Assembly: GCA_963835365.1 (NCBI GenBank)
Contig: CAWIFH010000013.1
Coordinates: 73,707 to 137,706 of the forward strand
Length of the DNA: 64,000 nucleotides
Direction: 5' to 3'
From: an uncultured Cytophagales bacterium
Lineage (GTDB): Bacteria > Bacteroidota > Bacteroidia > Cytophagales > Cyclobacteriaceae
Part shown: one piece after another, positions 20,866 to 34,252 of the stretch
Layout of the letters: each line of letters begins with the position of its first letter
How positions within the stretch are numbered: the first letter of the stretch is position 1
The notes under the pieces: model-generated
What the model was told of the DNA's origin: nothing
What the model saw: the letters and a program-made list of their open reading frames with translations, nothing else
Databases searched by the model: none
Translations under genes and position numbers: made by a program

Positions 20866-21543
20866 TTATAAGAGGACAGGGAGAATGACCTCTATTCTAT
20901 TTTCTACTGCTGTAACACCAGGAGCCTTCCAGACACATCGTTCTGCTTCTTTTTTTTCTGCCCAGGAGCGCACCTGGCCGTGCAGGATTACCTGGTTGCC
21001 GGAAACATCCATAGTAATAGTGTTAGCATCTAAAGTCGCGTTCCTGTGGAATGCAGCATTAATCTCCCTTTTAAGTTGCTGTTGGTCAACTTTTTTGTCA
21101 GGCACTATAGTCATACGATTAATGACTCCTTTTATACCTTTTAAATTCTCTACCGATTTCTCTGCCAGGGTTTTCTGGTAGGACCAGTTAACTTCTCCTT
21201 CCAGGTATATCCAGCCATTTTCTACCTTTACCTTAAGGCGGTCTTCTTCTACGGCAGAGTTCCATTTGAGTGCCTGGGAGACGGCCTGGGCAATGTCTGA
21301 ATCGCTGTGGGTATGTACGCCAGGCAAAACCACCTGAATGTCCAGGGCGACTACCTTTACCCCTTTAACCCGTTTAGCGGCCTGTTCAGCAGCCAGCTTT
21401 TTGGTGTAGCTGTCTACCTGGCCCACAAGGGTAATGGTTCCGTCTTTTGCAGTTACGCCTATTTCTGTGGAGGCGGACTTCAGTACTGGCTCGTATTGGA
21501 GTTCATGCATAACGTCTTTTTGTAATTCTACATTAGTTTTCAT
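20866..21543 (-). CDS. Triple BON domain (OsmY-like) protein
   Basis: Three repeats of G.V.L.G.V....K..AE......GV..V.N. Confidence 0.95.
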   Translation of the reverse strand: MKTNVELQKDVMHELQYEPVLKSASTEIGVTAKDGTITLVGQVDSYTKKLAAEQAAKRVKGVKVVALDIQVVLPGVHTHSDSDIAQAVSQALKWNSAVEEDRLKVKVENGWIYLEGEVNWSYQKTLAEKSVENLKGIKGVINRMTIVPDKKVDQQQLKREINAAFHRNATLDANTITMDVSGNQVILHGQVRSWAEKKEAERCVWKAPGVTAVENRIEVILPVLL

Positions 21544-21665
21544 GATGCTAAAAGATTAAAAAGTAAAATAAGATAAATGTATGCCACCCGTTTACGACAG
21601 CTAACCATAAAATCGAATTTTTAAAGTAGCTGCCTTTTTTGTATTCCGGAAGCTGGCAGCTGCTT

Positions 21666-21731
21666 GCAAGGTGCTTGATTACAAGCTGTATTTCAATGAT
21701 TCCGGTTTAGCTGACTGGTGATTTTAATCAT
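21666..21731 (-). promoter_or_regulatory. Regulon A promoter of the BON gene
   Basis: ATGAttccggTTTA 21696; GTGAttttaaTCAT 21718; CACCTTGC (minus) 21666, 30-nt rule. Confidence 0.6.
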
Positions 21732-21955
21732 CAAACTTTTTGTTGGCAGCTAAGGGATAAGAATGGAAAAGGCGGGGTTCCCCGCCTTTTTCGGTATTCT
21801 TGGAATGCTTCAAATGAGCCTCCCGCTGACGTACCTTCATTAACAATATCCCTGAAGAGGGTCCCTTTTCTGACCAGTTCAAAAAATTAAAAATTCCGGA
21901 TAAAAAAATAGAATGCACCAGGTGTTCAGTTCCTTCTTCAGTTTATTTTCATCTA

Positions 21956-22021
21956 TAAAGATAAGGCTGATGTGCTGGCCGACCAGCGATGGAGATCCTC
22001 TTGTTTCAGGACTTTCATCAT
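21956..22021 (-). promoter_or_regulatory. Regulon A promoter with no clear gene
   Basis: GCGAtggagaTCCT 21986; AGGActttcaTCAT 22008; TATCTTTA (minus) 21956, 30-nt rule. Confidence 0.65.
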
Positions 22022-22126
22022 TTCGCCGGATGAATGGTTCCTTTTTCGACCTTAATTAAATTTTCCAGCTGCAGCCCGAAAGCAGGCATAAAAAGAAAGG
22101 CTCCCTCCTGTAGCGTTGGCTATGGT

Positions 22127-22585
22127 TTAGGAGACGTTGATTTGTTTCCTGGTTTTTTGCTGACTTATCTCTTTTTTAGGAATATGGATTCTCAGTACTC
22201 CATCTACGTATTTTGCATCAATTTTGTCAGCCACCGTATTGGACGGTAGCTGAAAGGAACGGCTGAAAGAATTATATACATACTCCTTTCTTGAATAGTC
22301 ATCTTCCTCCTCCTCTTTTTCATCTTCTTTTTCAGCACGAATGGTAAGCAGGTTATTATTCAAATCCACATGAAAATCCTGCCGCCTTAGGCCCGGTGCT
22401 GCCAGCTCAATTTGGTACTCCTTGTCAGTTTCTTTGATATTGGCAGAAGGAATGGTTACCCCTATTCGGCTGGGTAAGCGACTGCCCATGTCGCTAAACA
22501 TAGAATCAAAAATTGAACTTGGCCTGAACCAGTCAGAAAACAGGGTGGGCATTTCTCCATTTTTCTTTTTTAATGCAAGGCTCAT
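22127..22585 (-). CDS. Hsp20/alpha-crystallin small heat shock protein
   Basis: PSANIKET..ELAAPGL..SFSRSFQLP..AKYVDGVLRIHIPK. Confidence 0.97.
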   Translation of the reverse strand: MSLALKKKNGEMPTLFSDWFRPSSIFDSMFSDMGSRLPSRIGVTIPSANIKETDKEYQIELAAPGLRRQDFHVDLNNNLLTIRAEKEDEKEEEEDDYSRKEYVYNSFSRSFQLPSNTVADKIDAKYVDGVLRIHIPKKEISQQKTRKQINVS

Positions 22586-22624
22586 AATAACTTCCTTTAG
22601 ATGTGAAAAAATTTATTTATCAAA

Positions 22625-22690
22625 TAAAAGTACCAAAAAAGTGGGCTCGCAGCGATGATCCTGGTTTTGGAAAAAAAAGATTTTTATCAT
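22625..22690 (-). promoter_or_regulatory. Regulon A promoter of hsp20
   Basis: ATGAtcctggTTTT 22655; AAGAtttttaTCAT 22677; TACTTTTA (minus) 22625, 30-nt rule. Confidence 0.6.
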
Positions 22691-22975
22691 GAAACAATAA
22701 ACCGAAAGACACTTTCTGGATAGTCTTCACTCAATTGTTGATTCTGCCTTTTATTTCTTAGGGCCGGGAGCAGTGGGAGCATCTTTAAGTGGATATATTA
22801 ATGCTTCACCAAATTAAAAAGCAGAACCGCGGCGGCCAGGCGTCCCAGGCGGATTGCTTAAAAATTAGGGAGAAAAGTTAAAAGGGGGAACATGCGCGTT
22901 CAAATCCCTATCTGTTCAGCTTATTTGTTTAAGAAATTGTTTGCAGGCGCTTCTAAATTAACACAGCGAATATTC

Positions 22976-24148
22976 TCACTCTTTAATCAGGTTAAAGGCC
23001 CCTTTGGTTAAAAATTCCGTATCTTCATTAAAGTCCTGGCGGTTCAGGATTGGCACATAGCCGTTTTGAGAAGGTCCTGCCTGTACTTCTTTTTTTTCGA
23101 AGGTATAATTCTCCGGCGCAGTATTTTGTTTTTCCAGTACATAAGAAGTATTTTCTACCGCTACCACGGCTTCTTCCGGCAGGGAGAAGAGCGTGTCGGC
23201 CGAAACAAGAATCTCAGCTTCTACATACATGCCCGGCGTAAAGTAGTTCCTTTCCTCTTCTTCTTTTAAATGGGCATGAACCGAAACGGTTCTTTTTTCC
23301 TGCTCGATTGATTTATTGATTAAAGAGACCTCTGCCTCATATTGCTGCGCCGGATTATTTTGAAGGTGGAAGCGAACCGCCTGCCCGATATGAACCAGCG
23401 GAAGGTCCTGCTCAAAAATATTCAGCTCCAGGTGCAGGTTATCGATTCTGGTGATGGTAAGCGCTGGAACAGCCGGATTCAGAAACATCCCATTTACGGC
23501 ATGGACGGAAGTAACATATCCGCTGATGGGGGCCGTAACGGCAATAGTGGATTGGATGGAATGGGGGCTTATAGAAGCTGGATTTATGTGCATGAGGCTT
23601 AATTTCTTTTTTAAGGATTCAAAGCGCGCCAGCGTTACCTGGTAATCAGCTTCGGCTTTCAGGAAATTTTTCTGCGAGGCAATATTTTCCTTTATTAATT
23701 CTTTCTGGCGTTCATAATCTGATTTTAAATAGTTTAACTGCCCTTTTGCTTCCAAAAATTCCTGTTGCACCTGCACATAATCCGGGTTTTCCAGGGTAAA
23801 GAGAAGCTGCCCTTTTTTAACCGCCTGGCCAGGCAGCAGGCTGATTTCTTTAACATAACCACCAAAGTAGGCACTGATAAAAGCGCGGTTTTCGGGTGGT
23901 ACATCCAACATGCCGCTGGTTTTGAGCGCCTGGGAAAAGGAACGCCTTTGTATTTTTCCCAATTCCATCTGCGCTCCCTGAAACTGCGAAGCGCTAAGGC
24001 GAATAATTTCCTCTACTGCAGGGTTTGCTGCAAGCAGGGTTTGGGTTTCTTTGGCTGCAGGTTCAGAATTGCAGGCTACAAGGCTTAGCAGAAACCAGTG
24101 TCCGCAGATGAAAAAGCTGCCTTTTATTTTCCTGATAATATTTTTCAT
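22976..24148 (-). CDS. CusB/CzcB-like RND periplasmic adaptor lipoprotein
   Basis: Lipobox LVAC, ISAYFGGYVKEISLLPGQAVKKGQ, PGMYVEAEI. Confidence 0.92.
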   Translation of the reverse strand: MKNIIRKIKGSFFICGHWFLLSLVACNSEPAAKETQTLLAANPAVEEIIRLSASQFQGAQMELGKIQRRSFSQALKTSGMLDVPPENRAFISAYFGGYVKEISLLPGQAVKKGQLLFTLENPDYVQVQQEFLEAKGQLNYLKSDYERQKELIKENIASQKNFLKAEADYQVTLARFESLKKKLSLMHINPASISPHSIQSTIAVTAPISGYVTSVHAVNGMFLNPAVPALTITRIDNLHLELNIFEQDLPLVHIGQAVRFHLQNNPAQQYEAEVSLINKSIEQEKRTVSVHAHLKEEEERNYFTPGMYVEAEILVSADTLFSLPEEAVVAVENTSYVLEKQNTAPENYTFEKKEVQAGPSQNGYVPILNRQDFNEDTEFLTKGAFNLIKE

Positions 24149-24152
24149 GGCC

Positions 24153-28496
<4,344 letters not shown>

Positions 28497-28525
28497 GGGG
28501 CAGGCGTTAAAGTTTTATCCTGACC

Positions 28526-28582
28526 CAAAGGTAAAAGGGCATTCTAAAGCCAGGCCTAGGCTTTGCTTAAGATTTGCTTAAA
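28526..28582 (-). promoter_or_regulatory. Regulon C promoter of cusA: four repeats at 11-bp period plus -7 element
   Basis: CTAAAG 28544, CCTAGG 28555, CTTAAG 28566, CTTAAA 28577; TACCTTTG (minus) 28526-28533. Confidence 0.7.
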
Positions 28583-29953
28583 AACAATAGTAAAAGTTGT
28601 TCCCTGCCCTAATTCGCTTGCTACAGCCAGTTCGGCCTGTATGGCTGCTGCCGCCTTCTGGGCAATGGACAGGCCAAGACCGCTGCCACCAATGTGTTTA
28701 TGCTCCAGGGCACCGGAGCGAAATAAAGGCTGATAGAGCTGTCCCAGGTCTTCTTTTCTGATGCCAATTCCTTCATCCTTCACTGTACAGATAATCCGCT
28801 CGCCCTCCAGGCCAATGGAAATATATAAATGACTTTCGCAAGCGGAATATTTAATGGCATTCTGGATGATATTGTCCAGAACCAGGTTGGCATAATACCG
28901 GGGTACCTCCGCTTTTTCCGAACTGCAGCTTTGGACGTGGACCTTCATTTTCTTTTGCAGGATTTCTTTGCTGTATCTGGAAAGCACCTCATCTATCAGG
29001 CTTATAAGAGAGGCAGGCGGGTTGTTGCCTGCTCCCTGGCTGGCATCAAAGCGGGCCAGGAGCAGGAGCTGTTCCAGGAGCGCCGTCATCCGGTCTATTT
29101 CAGTGAGGCTGTATTTGATTTTTTGCTCGTATTCCGCCTGGGACCTGGGCCTGCGAATCAGCACTTCCAGTGTGCCCCTTAAAGAAGATAAAGGCGTCCG
29201 GAGTTCGTGGGAGGCATCGGAAGTAAACTGTCGTTCCCTTTGAATGGCCGTTTCTATCCGGCCTAGTAAACTGTTAATAGAAGAGGAAAGCGCATACAAC
29301 TCATCCTGATGAATAGGCAGCCTTACTCTTTCATTGAAGTTGTTTTTGGTGATTCGGTTGGTGGTTTCGGTAATGTTTTTAATGGGCAGAATGTTTTTAC
29401 CGGCTAAATAGCGCGAAACGAAAAACAGGGCAATCAGCAAGAGGGGATAGGAGAGGAGCAGCACATGCCGGAGGTTTTGGATAACCATTTTTACAGTTTC
29501 CTGCGACATGGCGGCCAGAATATAGCCCTGTATTTCTCCGTTTTTCTTGATGGGGACCTGAACCTGCCGAATTATGCGCGTATTTAAATTAGCATCAAAA
29601 GGGATTCCGGAAACTCTACTCTCTAAAAAAAGGAGTTCCTGCTCTTTAAGATTAGGCGTTTTATCCATAAACTGCCCGCTCTTATTAATTACCTGCACAA
29701 ATACCGGGTTTACCTCTGCTTCGCGATGCTCCCGTTCTTCCAGTTCTTCCTTATAAAGAAAGCTGATGTGCCCTTCCGGCGTAACATTAACTTCATTAAC
29801 ATGCTTGCTCGCCTCAAAGGTTAAATCATCGTCCAGATGGTGGTACAGGGTGCCTTTAACGATAAAAAATATCAGGCTGTATACCAGCGCCATCATAAGG
29901 GCGGTTGCCAGCAGGTAAAAAAGGGAAATCCGGTTTCTAAAGGTAAGATTCAT
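28556..29953 (-). CDS. HAMP sensor histidine kinase (CusS/CzcS-like)
   Basis: 2 TM, HAMP, FTSDASHELRTPL, GSGLGL. Confidence 0.95.
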   Translation of the reverse strand: MNLTFRNRISLFYLLATALMMALVYSLIFFIVKGTLYHHLDDDLTFEASKHVNEVNVTPEGHISFLYKEELEEREHREAEVNPVFVQVINKSGQFMDKTPNLKEQELLFLESRVSGIPFDANLNTRIIRQVQVPIKKNGEIQGYILAAMSQETVKMVIQNLRHVLLLSYPLLLIALFFVSRYLAGKNILPIKNITETTNRITKNNFNERVRLPIHQDELYALSSSINSLLGRIETAIQRERQFTSDASHELRTPLSSLRGTLEVLIRRPRSQAEYEQKIKYSLTEIDRMTALLEQLLLLARFDASQGAGNNPPASLISLIDEVLSRYSKEILQKKMKVHVQSCSSEKAEVPRYYANLVLDNIIQNAIKYSACESHLYISIGLEGERIICTVKDEGIGIRKEDLGQLYQPLFRSGALEHKHIGGSGLGLSIAQKAAAAIQAELAVASELGQGTTFTIVFKQILSKA

Positions 29954-30618
29954 AGGTCTTTGGCAATATAACCCACTCCCCGAATGGTTTGAATATAGTT
30001 TTCCTTGCCTGACAGGTTCAGCTTTTTCCTGAGGGCATTGATATACACATCGATTACCCCAGTATTATATTCAAAATGGATGTCCCACACACTTTCAATA
30101 ATACGGGTTCTGCGGCATACTTTTCCTTTATTCCGTATCAGGTATTCCAGCAGGGCAAATTCTTTTTGAGTTAACGGAACTTCCTGTCCATCTTTAAAAA
30201 CCTGGTGCCTTCCTACATCCAGGCTGATGTTGCCCAGCTGAAACTGCTCATGCTCCCCGCTTTTAGGCCGTAGCTGCACCCGGATTCTTTCCAGGAGCTC
30301 TTCGAAATGAAAGGGCTTTTTAATAAAATCATTGGCTCCTGCCTGCAGGCCGAAAACCGTTTCCTGTACAGTATCTTTGGCAGTGAGAAAAATGACGGGC
30401 GTTTCGGGGTAGGACTTCCGGAACTGCCGGCAAATTTCGATGCCACTCAGGCCGGGCACCATCCAGTCCAGCAGCAGCAGGTTATATGCACCGGATAAGG
30501 CCAGCTCTAACCCTTTCATTCCTTCCCCGGCAATATCTACGGCAAAAGACTCCTCTTCCAGCCCCTGCTGGAGAAAGTTGGCAATGCCGGGTTCGTCTTC
30601 CACTACCAGAATTCTCAT
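29950..30618 (-). CDS. OmpR-family response regulator (CusR/CzcR-like)
   Basis: MRILVVEDE (ATG 30618), LTQKEFALLEYL, IQTIRGVGY. Confidence 0.95.
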   Translation of the reverse strand: MRILVVEDEPGIANFLQQGLEEESFAVDIAGEGMKGLELALSGAYNLLLLDWMVPGLSGIEICRQFRKSYPETPVIFLTAKDTVQETVFGLQAGANDFIKKPFHFEELLERIRVQLRPKSGEHEQFQLGNISLDVGRHQVFKDGQEVPLTQKEFALLEYLIRNKGKVCRRTRIIESVWDIHFEYNTGVIDVYINALRKKLNLSGKENYIQTIRGVGYIAKDL

Positions 30619-30622
30619 AATA

Positions 30623-30679
30623 CAAAAATGATCCAAACAATTTATAAACTCGTTAAGCCTTTCTTAAAATTAGCTTAAA
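30623..30679 (-). promoter_or_regulatory. Regulon C autoregulatory promoter
   Basis: TTTATA 30641, GTTAAG 30652, CTTAAA 30663, CTTAAA 30674; CATTTTTG at 30623, same 18-nt offset as at cusA. Confidence 0.65.
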
Positions 30680-30836
30680 ATGTTTAGGAGCTTCCTTTGA
30701 AAATATAACAAAAAGAGAGGCACTACAGGTTCTAAAGCAATTAAATCCGTTTCCCGCACTGAATTTTGGCTTGGCCTTAGGAGAAGAACCTCCTTTCAGC
30801 CAGTATAAACAAAGATGCTTCTGGGCTTCAGGGGCT

Positions 30837-32168
30837 TTATTCCAGCACAAATTTAAGACCTGCCGAGACTGTATTTGCGGTAAAACCGATGTTCCGCTGG
30901 TACAGCAGGTACCGTAGGTCAATATTTTTCAGGCCGAAAGACCAGAGGTGGAGACGTGTAAAAATATCGGTATAGCTGATGCCAAAGCCATACTGGTTGG
31001 CATTGAACTGCGACAAATCATAATCAGAAGTATAAAAACCTTCGCTGGAAAGGTGCTGCTCGTAGGGCGCAAAATAGTCAGCGCCCGTTTGGTTGTAGAA
31101 GCGGTAGGAGGGATAAAGGGTAAAGCGGTCGCTTATTTTTACAGGTACTTCTATTTTAGCCGTGTGGGAGCCAATGCCCCAGTCATCGAAATAGTAGCGG
31201 TAAAAAGTGCGCACCACCACCCGGGCATTTGCAAAATAGTTGAGCCTACCACCCAGGGCTACCTTAAAGCGGGTTTCAGGAAGCCTTTCAATATTGTCGG
31301 CTAGCTGAAAATCGCCGATAAAGACATCTTCCACATCCTGGAAATATACCCGTTGAAAAGGAGTGGAGAGGAGGCCCTGCTGCTGAACCAGGTCCAATTC
31401 CAGGGAAGTCTGCAAATTTTCAGAAAGGATTTGAGAAAATCCCAGGCCTATGGAGAATGAATTGCGGCTTTTATTATCGAATGGGGTAAAAGAAGGGCTG
31501 TAATCTGCATTTTCGCTAAGCGCATAGCGCTTGAACAGGCTATTTTGTAAGCCGTTTCCTCCCGGTGCAAAGGGGCGAAGCTCTATAGGATAAATCGTAC
31601 TCCAGGTATCCAGGAACACATTGGCCTTTACACTTAATTCGGTATTTTTTTCATTGAACAGCCAGGCATAAGCCCCTCCTAAGCCCATAGAAAGGTAGTC
31701 GTATTCGGTGGCTACCGATGCATTGGCCGACCAGATTCTGTTCCTGTCGTCGGAGCTGTGGGTGTAGGTACCATTCAGGTTCCACCACACATCGCTGGAG
31801 GAGGCTCCGGAAGAGGCCTGAAACGCATCGGCTGTAGCCTGGCCATCAAAGGGATTGATGTTGCTGGACGAAGCAGAGCTGTAGGCCGAAATTCCGGTGT
31901 TGATGGATAAAACATCGTCTTCATTTAAAGGAACCGATACTACCAGGGTAGGTGAAAAATCGCTGAGCTTTTCTGTGCCTCTGCCTCCCGTTACAGCGGC
32001 ATGGCTCCCATCCTGCGTATAATAGCTGCTGAGGATATCTATTTCGGCACTTTCCAGTACCCGCTTTTTGTAAACCTTCGTGGAATCCTGGGCCTGGACC
32101 TGCAGCACAGTAAAGCTTAGAAGGAAAAGGCTAAAGAAAAATTTTGCCGGCCTATTAATTACATCCAC
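30837..32168 (-). CDS. DUF3570 outer-membrane beta-barrel, predicted ApbE flavinylation substrate
   Basis: SYYTQDG.HAAVTGG.GTE; flavinylation-like SSGAS; YRYYFDDWG; C-terminal GLKFVLE; GTG start 32168 inferred. Confidence 0.88.
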   Translation of the reverse strand: MDVINRPAKFFFSLFLLSFTVLQVQAQDSTKVYKKRVLESAEIDILSSYYTQDGSHAAVTGGRGTEKLSDFSPTLVVSVPLNEDDVLSINTGISAYSSASSSNINPFDGQATADAFQASSGASSSDVWWNLNGTYTHSSDDRNRIWSANASVATEYDYLSMGLGGAYAWLFNEKNTELSVKANVFLDTWSTIYPIELRPFAPGGNGLQNSLFKRYALSENADYSPSFTPFDNKSRNSFSIGLGFSQILSENLQTSLELDLVQQQGLLSTPFQRVYFQDVEDVFIGDFQLADNIERLPETRFKVALGGRLNYFANARVVVRTFYRYYFDDWGIGSHTAKIEVPVKISDRFTLYPSYRFYNQTGADYFAPYEQHLSSEGFYTSDYDLSQFNANQYGFGISYTDIFTRLHLWSFGLKNIDLRYLLYQRNIGFTANTVSAGLKFVLE

Positions 32169-32364
32169 AACCACCTCCTGTTTTTCCGCCGTTAGCCCCT
32201 GCCGCAGCTTCGCGGTAGGAATGAAAAGTAGTTTCAAAGCCTTCTGAAGGCCGGGAGTTAAGCGCCATATCGGGGTCGTTAATGTTCACTTTTTCATATT
32301 CTTTAACTGCTACACAGGAGCTAAAGCAAAGGCATGAGAAAATAAATAAAACAAGTTTTTTCAT
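32155..32364 (-). CDS. DUF4266 lipoprotein
   Basis: Lipobox FSSC, YREAAAGANGGKTGGGCGCN. Confidence 0.92.
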   Translation of the reverse strand: MKKLVLFIFSCLCFSSCVAVKEYEKVNINDPDMALNSRPSEGFETTFHSYREAAAGANGGKTGGGCGCN

Positions 32365-33350
32365 GGTACATTTTCTATTTGAATGTTTCTGGAGGTATGG
32401 ACCTTGCCTTGCTCATCAATCAGGATGCATTCAATGTTGGGCAGCTGGTTAATCCGGTCAATCCCTGCCTCCAGTCCCATAACAAAAATGGAAGTAGCCA
32501 GCGCATCGGCCAGCTCGGCTTTGGGCGCAAAAACGGTGGCACTGATTATCCCGCTCGAGGGATAGCCCGTACGAGGATCGATAATATGCGTATAGCGCTT
32601 GCCATTGAATAGTACATACTTTTCATAATTGCCGGAGGTAACCACCGCACCGTTGCTAATAGGCATAAGGGCAAACACTTTATTTTTGTTTAAAGGATTG
32701 ACAATGGCCACTTTCCAGGCCTGCCCATTGGGCTGCGTTCCCCAGGTATTCATATCGCCGGAGGCATTGATAATCCCAGCCGGGGCCCCCCGGGCTTGCA
32801 GGAGTGCTTTGGCCTGGTCGGCGGCATAGCCTTTGCCAATTGCACCAAAACCGATTTTCATACCGCCGACGGGGAGGTAAACGCTGGTGTCTTTTGGATT
32901 TAGGACGATATGCTGATATCCTACTTTGGCTACCGCGGCTTTCACCTCCTCCTCGGCGGGCATTTGCCTCATGCTGCCATCAAACTTCCAGATAGGATCC
33001 ATCGAGGCATAGCTGATATCAAAAGCGCCGTCTGTTAGTGTGGAAATTCCTTTAGACCGTTCTATCAAGCGGTACAATTCCAGATCTACCTTTACCGGCT
33101 GGATGCCTGCATTTCGGTTAATAGCCGAAGTTTGGGAAGTAGGGTCCCAGGAGGAAATCAACTTTTCGATTCGTTGTATTTCGCCAATGGCCTGCCCAAT
33201 ATAAGCATTGGCTTTATTAGAGTCTGGCGCTACCACAGTAAAATCGAAGCGGCTCCCCATTAGTTTCAGCGTTTGCTGCCCTATTTGCTGCGCCTGCCCT
33301 GCGGTTTCCAAAAACAGCAGGGCCCATCCGATTAGGAAAAGCTTTTTCAA
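32361..33350 (-). CDS. apbE: FAD:protein FMN transferase
   Basis: LMGSRF, TDGAFDIS, GFGAIGKGYAAD, VTSGNYE, HIIDPRTGYP, ADALAT. Confidence 0.96.
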   Translation of the reverse strand: MKKLFLIGWALLFLETAGQAQQIGQQTLKLMGSRFDFTVVAPDSNKANAYIGQAIGEIQRIEKLISSWDPTSQTSAINRNAGIQPVKVDLELYRLIERSKGISTLTDGAFDISYASMDPIWKFDGSMRQMPAEEEVKAAVAKVGYQHIVLNPKDTSVYLPVGGMKIGFGAIGKGYAADQAKALLQARGAPAGIINASGDMNTWGTQPNGQAWKVAIVNPLNKNKVFALMPISNGAVVTSGNYEKYVLFNGKRYTHIIDPRTGYPSSGIISATVFAPKAELADALATSIFVMGLEAGIDRINQLPNIECILIDEQGKVHTSRNIQIENVP

Positions 33351-33356
33351 AGTGGT

Positions 33357-33791
33357 TTAGAATGCGTTTAAGAGGTTAATATATTCCCGGGGGCTTACTT
33401 TTTTATAGCCGGTTTCCCCTAAAACTTTTCCTTCCTTATCCAGCACCACCACCAGGGGAAAATAGCCTCCGGTATTATATTTTTCGGCCAGCGCCTTGTT
33501 GTGCGCCTCCTGCTCGGGAGGTAAAGCATTTTGTTTTTTGCGGGGAAAGTCGGCTTTCAGCAGTACATAATGGTCTTTGGCGTAGTTCCTGAACTCTTCG
33601 GTGCTGAATACCTCCCGCTCCAGTTTAATACAGGGAGCACACCAGTCGGAACCCTGGAATACCAGCACAATGGGCTTATCTTCTTTAGCCGCCAGGGCTT
33701 TTGCTTCTGCAAAATTAGTTTTCCACTCCTGGGCCTGAAGGGAAGGGATAAAACATAAGAATAGAAAGCTTAACACTAGGAGTGTTCTCAT
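33357..33791 (-). CDS. Exported thioredoxin-family protein
   Basis: Signal peptide; FQGSDWCAPC; ATG 33791. Confidence 0.92.
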   Translation of the reverse strand: MRTLLVLSFLFLCFIPSLQAQEWKTNFAEAKALAAKEDKPIVLVFQGSDWCAPCIKLEREVFSTEEFRNYAKDHYVLLKADFPRKKQNALPPEQEAHNKALAEKYNTGGYFPLVVVLDKEGKVLGETGYKKVSPREYINLLNAF

Positions 33792-33909
33792 TTTAATTTC
33801 AGGTTTATGTGTCCGATGTGGAAATCCCAACAGAAAAGTTGCCTCCTGCTGAGCAGGAAGATTTCCTCTTCCTTAAGACCTTTACTTAAGAAATAGTTTC
33901 TCTTTACCT

Positions 33910-33966
33910 GCAAAAACGACAAGGAAGCTTACAATCGTCTAACGCAAATCTTAAGGTTTGCTTAAA
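33910..33966 (-). promoter_or_regulatory. Regulon C promoter of the trx-apbE operon
   Basis: CTTACA 33928, CTAACG 33939, CTTAAG 33950, CTTAAA 33961 (11-bp period); extra CTTAAG at 33872 and 33885. Confidence 0.65.
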
Positions 33967-34183
33967 ATTCAGCAACACCTCACGTAAAGGAAGTTTTTCC
34001 TGTTCACAAAATAGGAATTTCTCTTTTCCAGCTCTTCATTAACTAAAGCATCCTGGTAGGTGGGGGAGAAGCGAAGGAACTTTAGCTTGGAGCTGAGGAC
34101 CCAAAGAAGTTTGTGTCGGTGAGCGGGCTAAGGAGCTAATGGAAAAGAGCAGGTGTCGCCGACGATTAGAATTTTCCGCGCGT

Positions 34184-34227
34184 GTGACATTTATCACTGA
34201 AGTTTAAGAGTAAAAAGCGGAGCTTTA
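34184..34227 (+). promoter_or_regulatory. Regulon B box plus -7-like element
   Basis: GTGAcatttaTCAC 34184-34197; GAGCTTTA ends 34227 (30-nt rule). Confidence 0.6.
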
Positions 34228-34252
34228 GGTGATTAATTTATTATGGGAAGTG

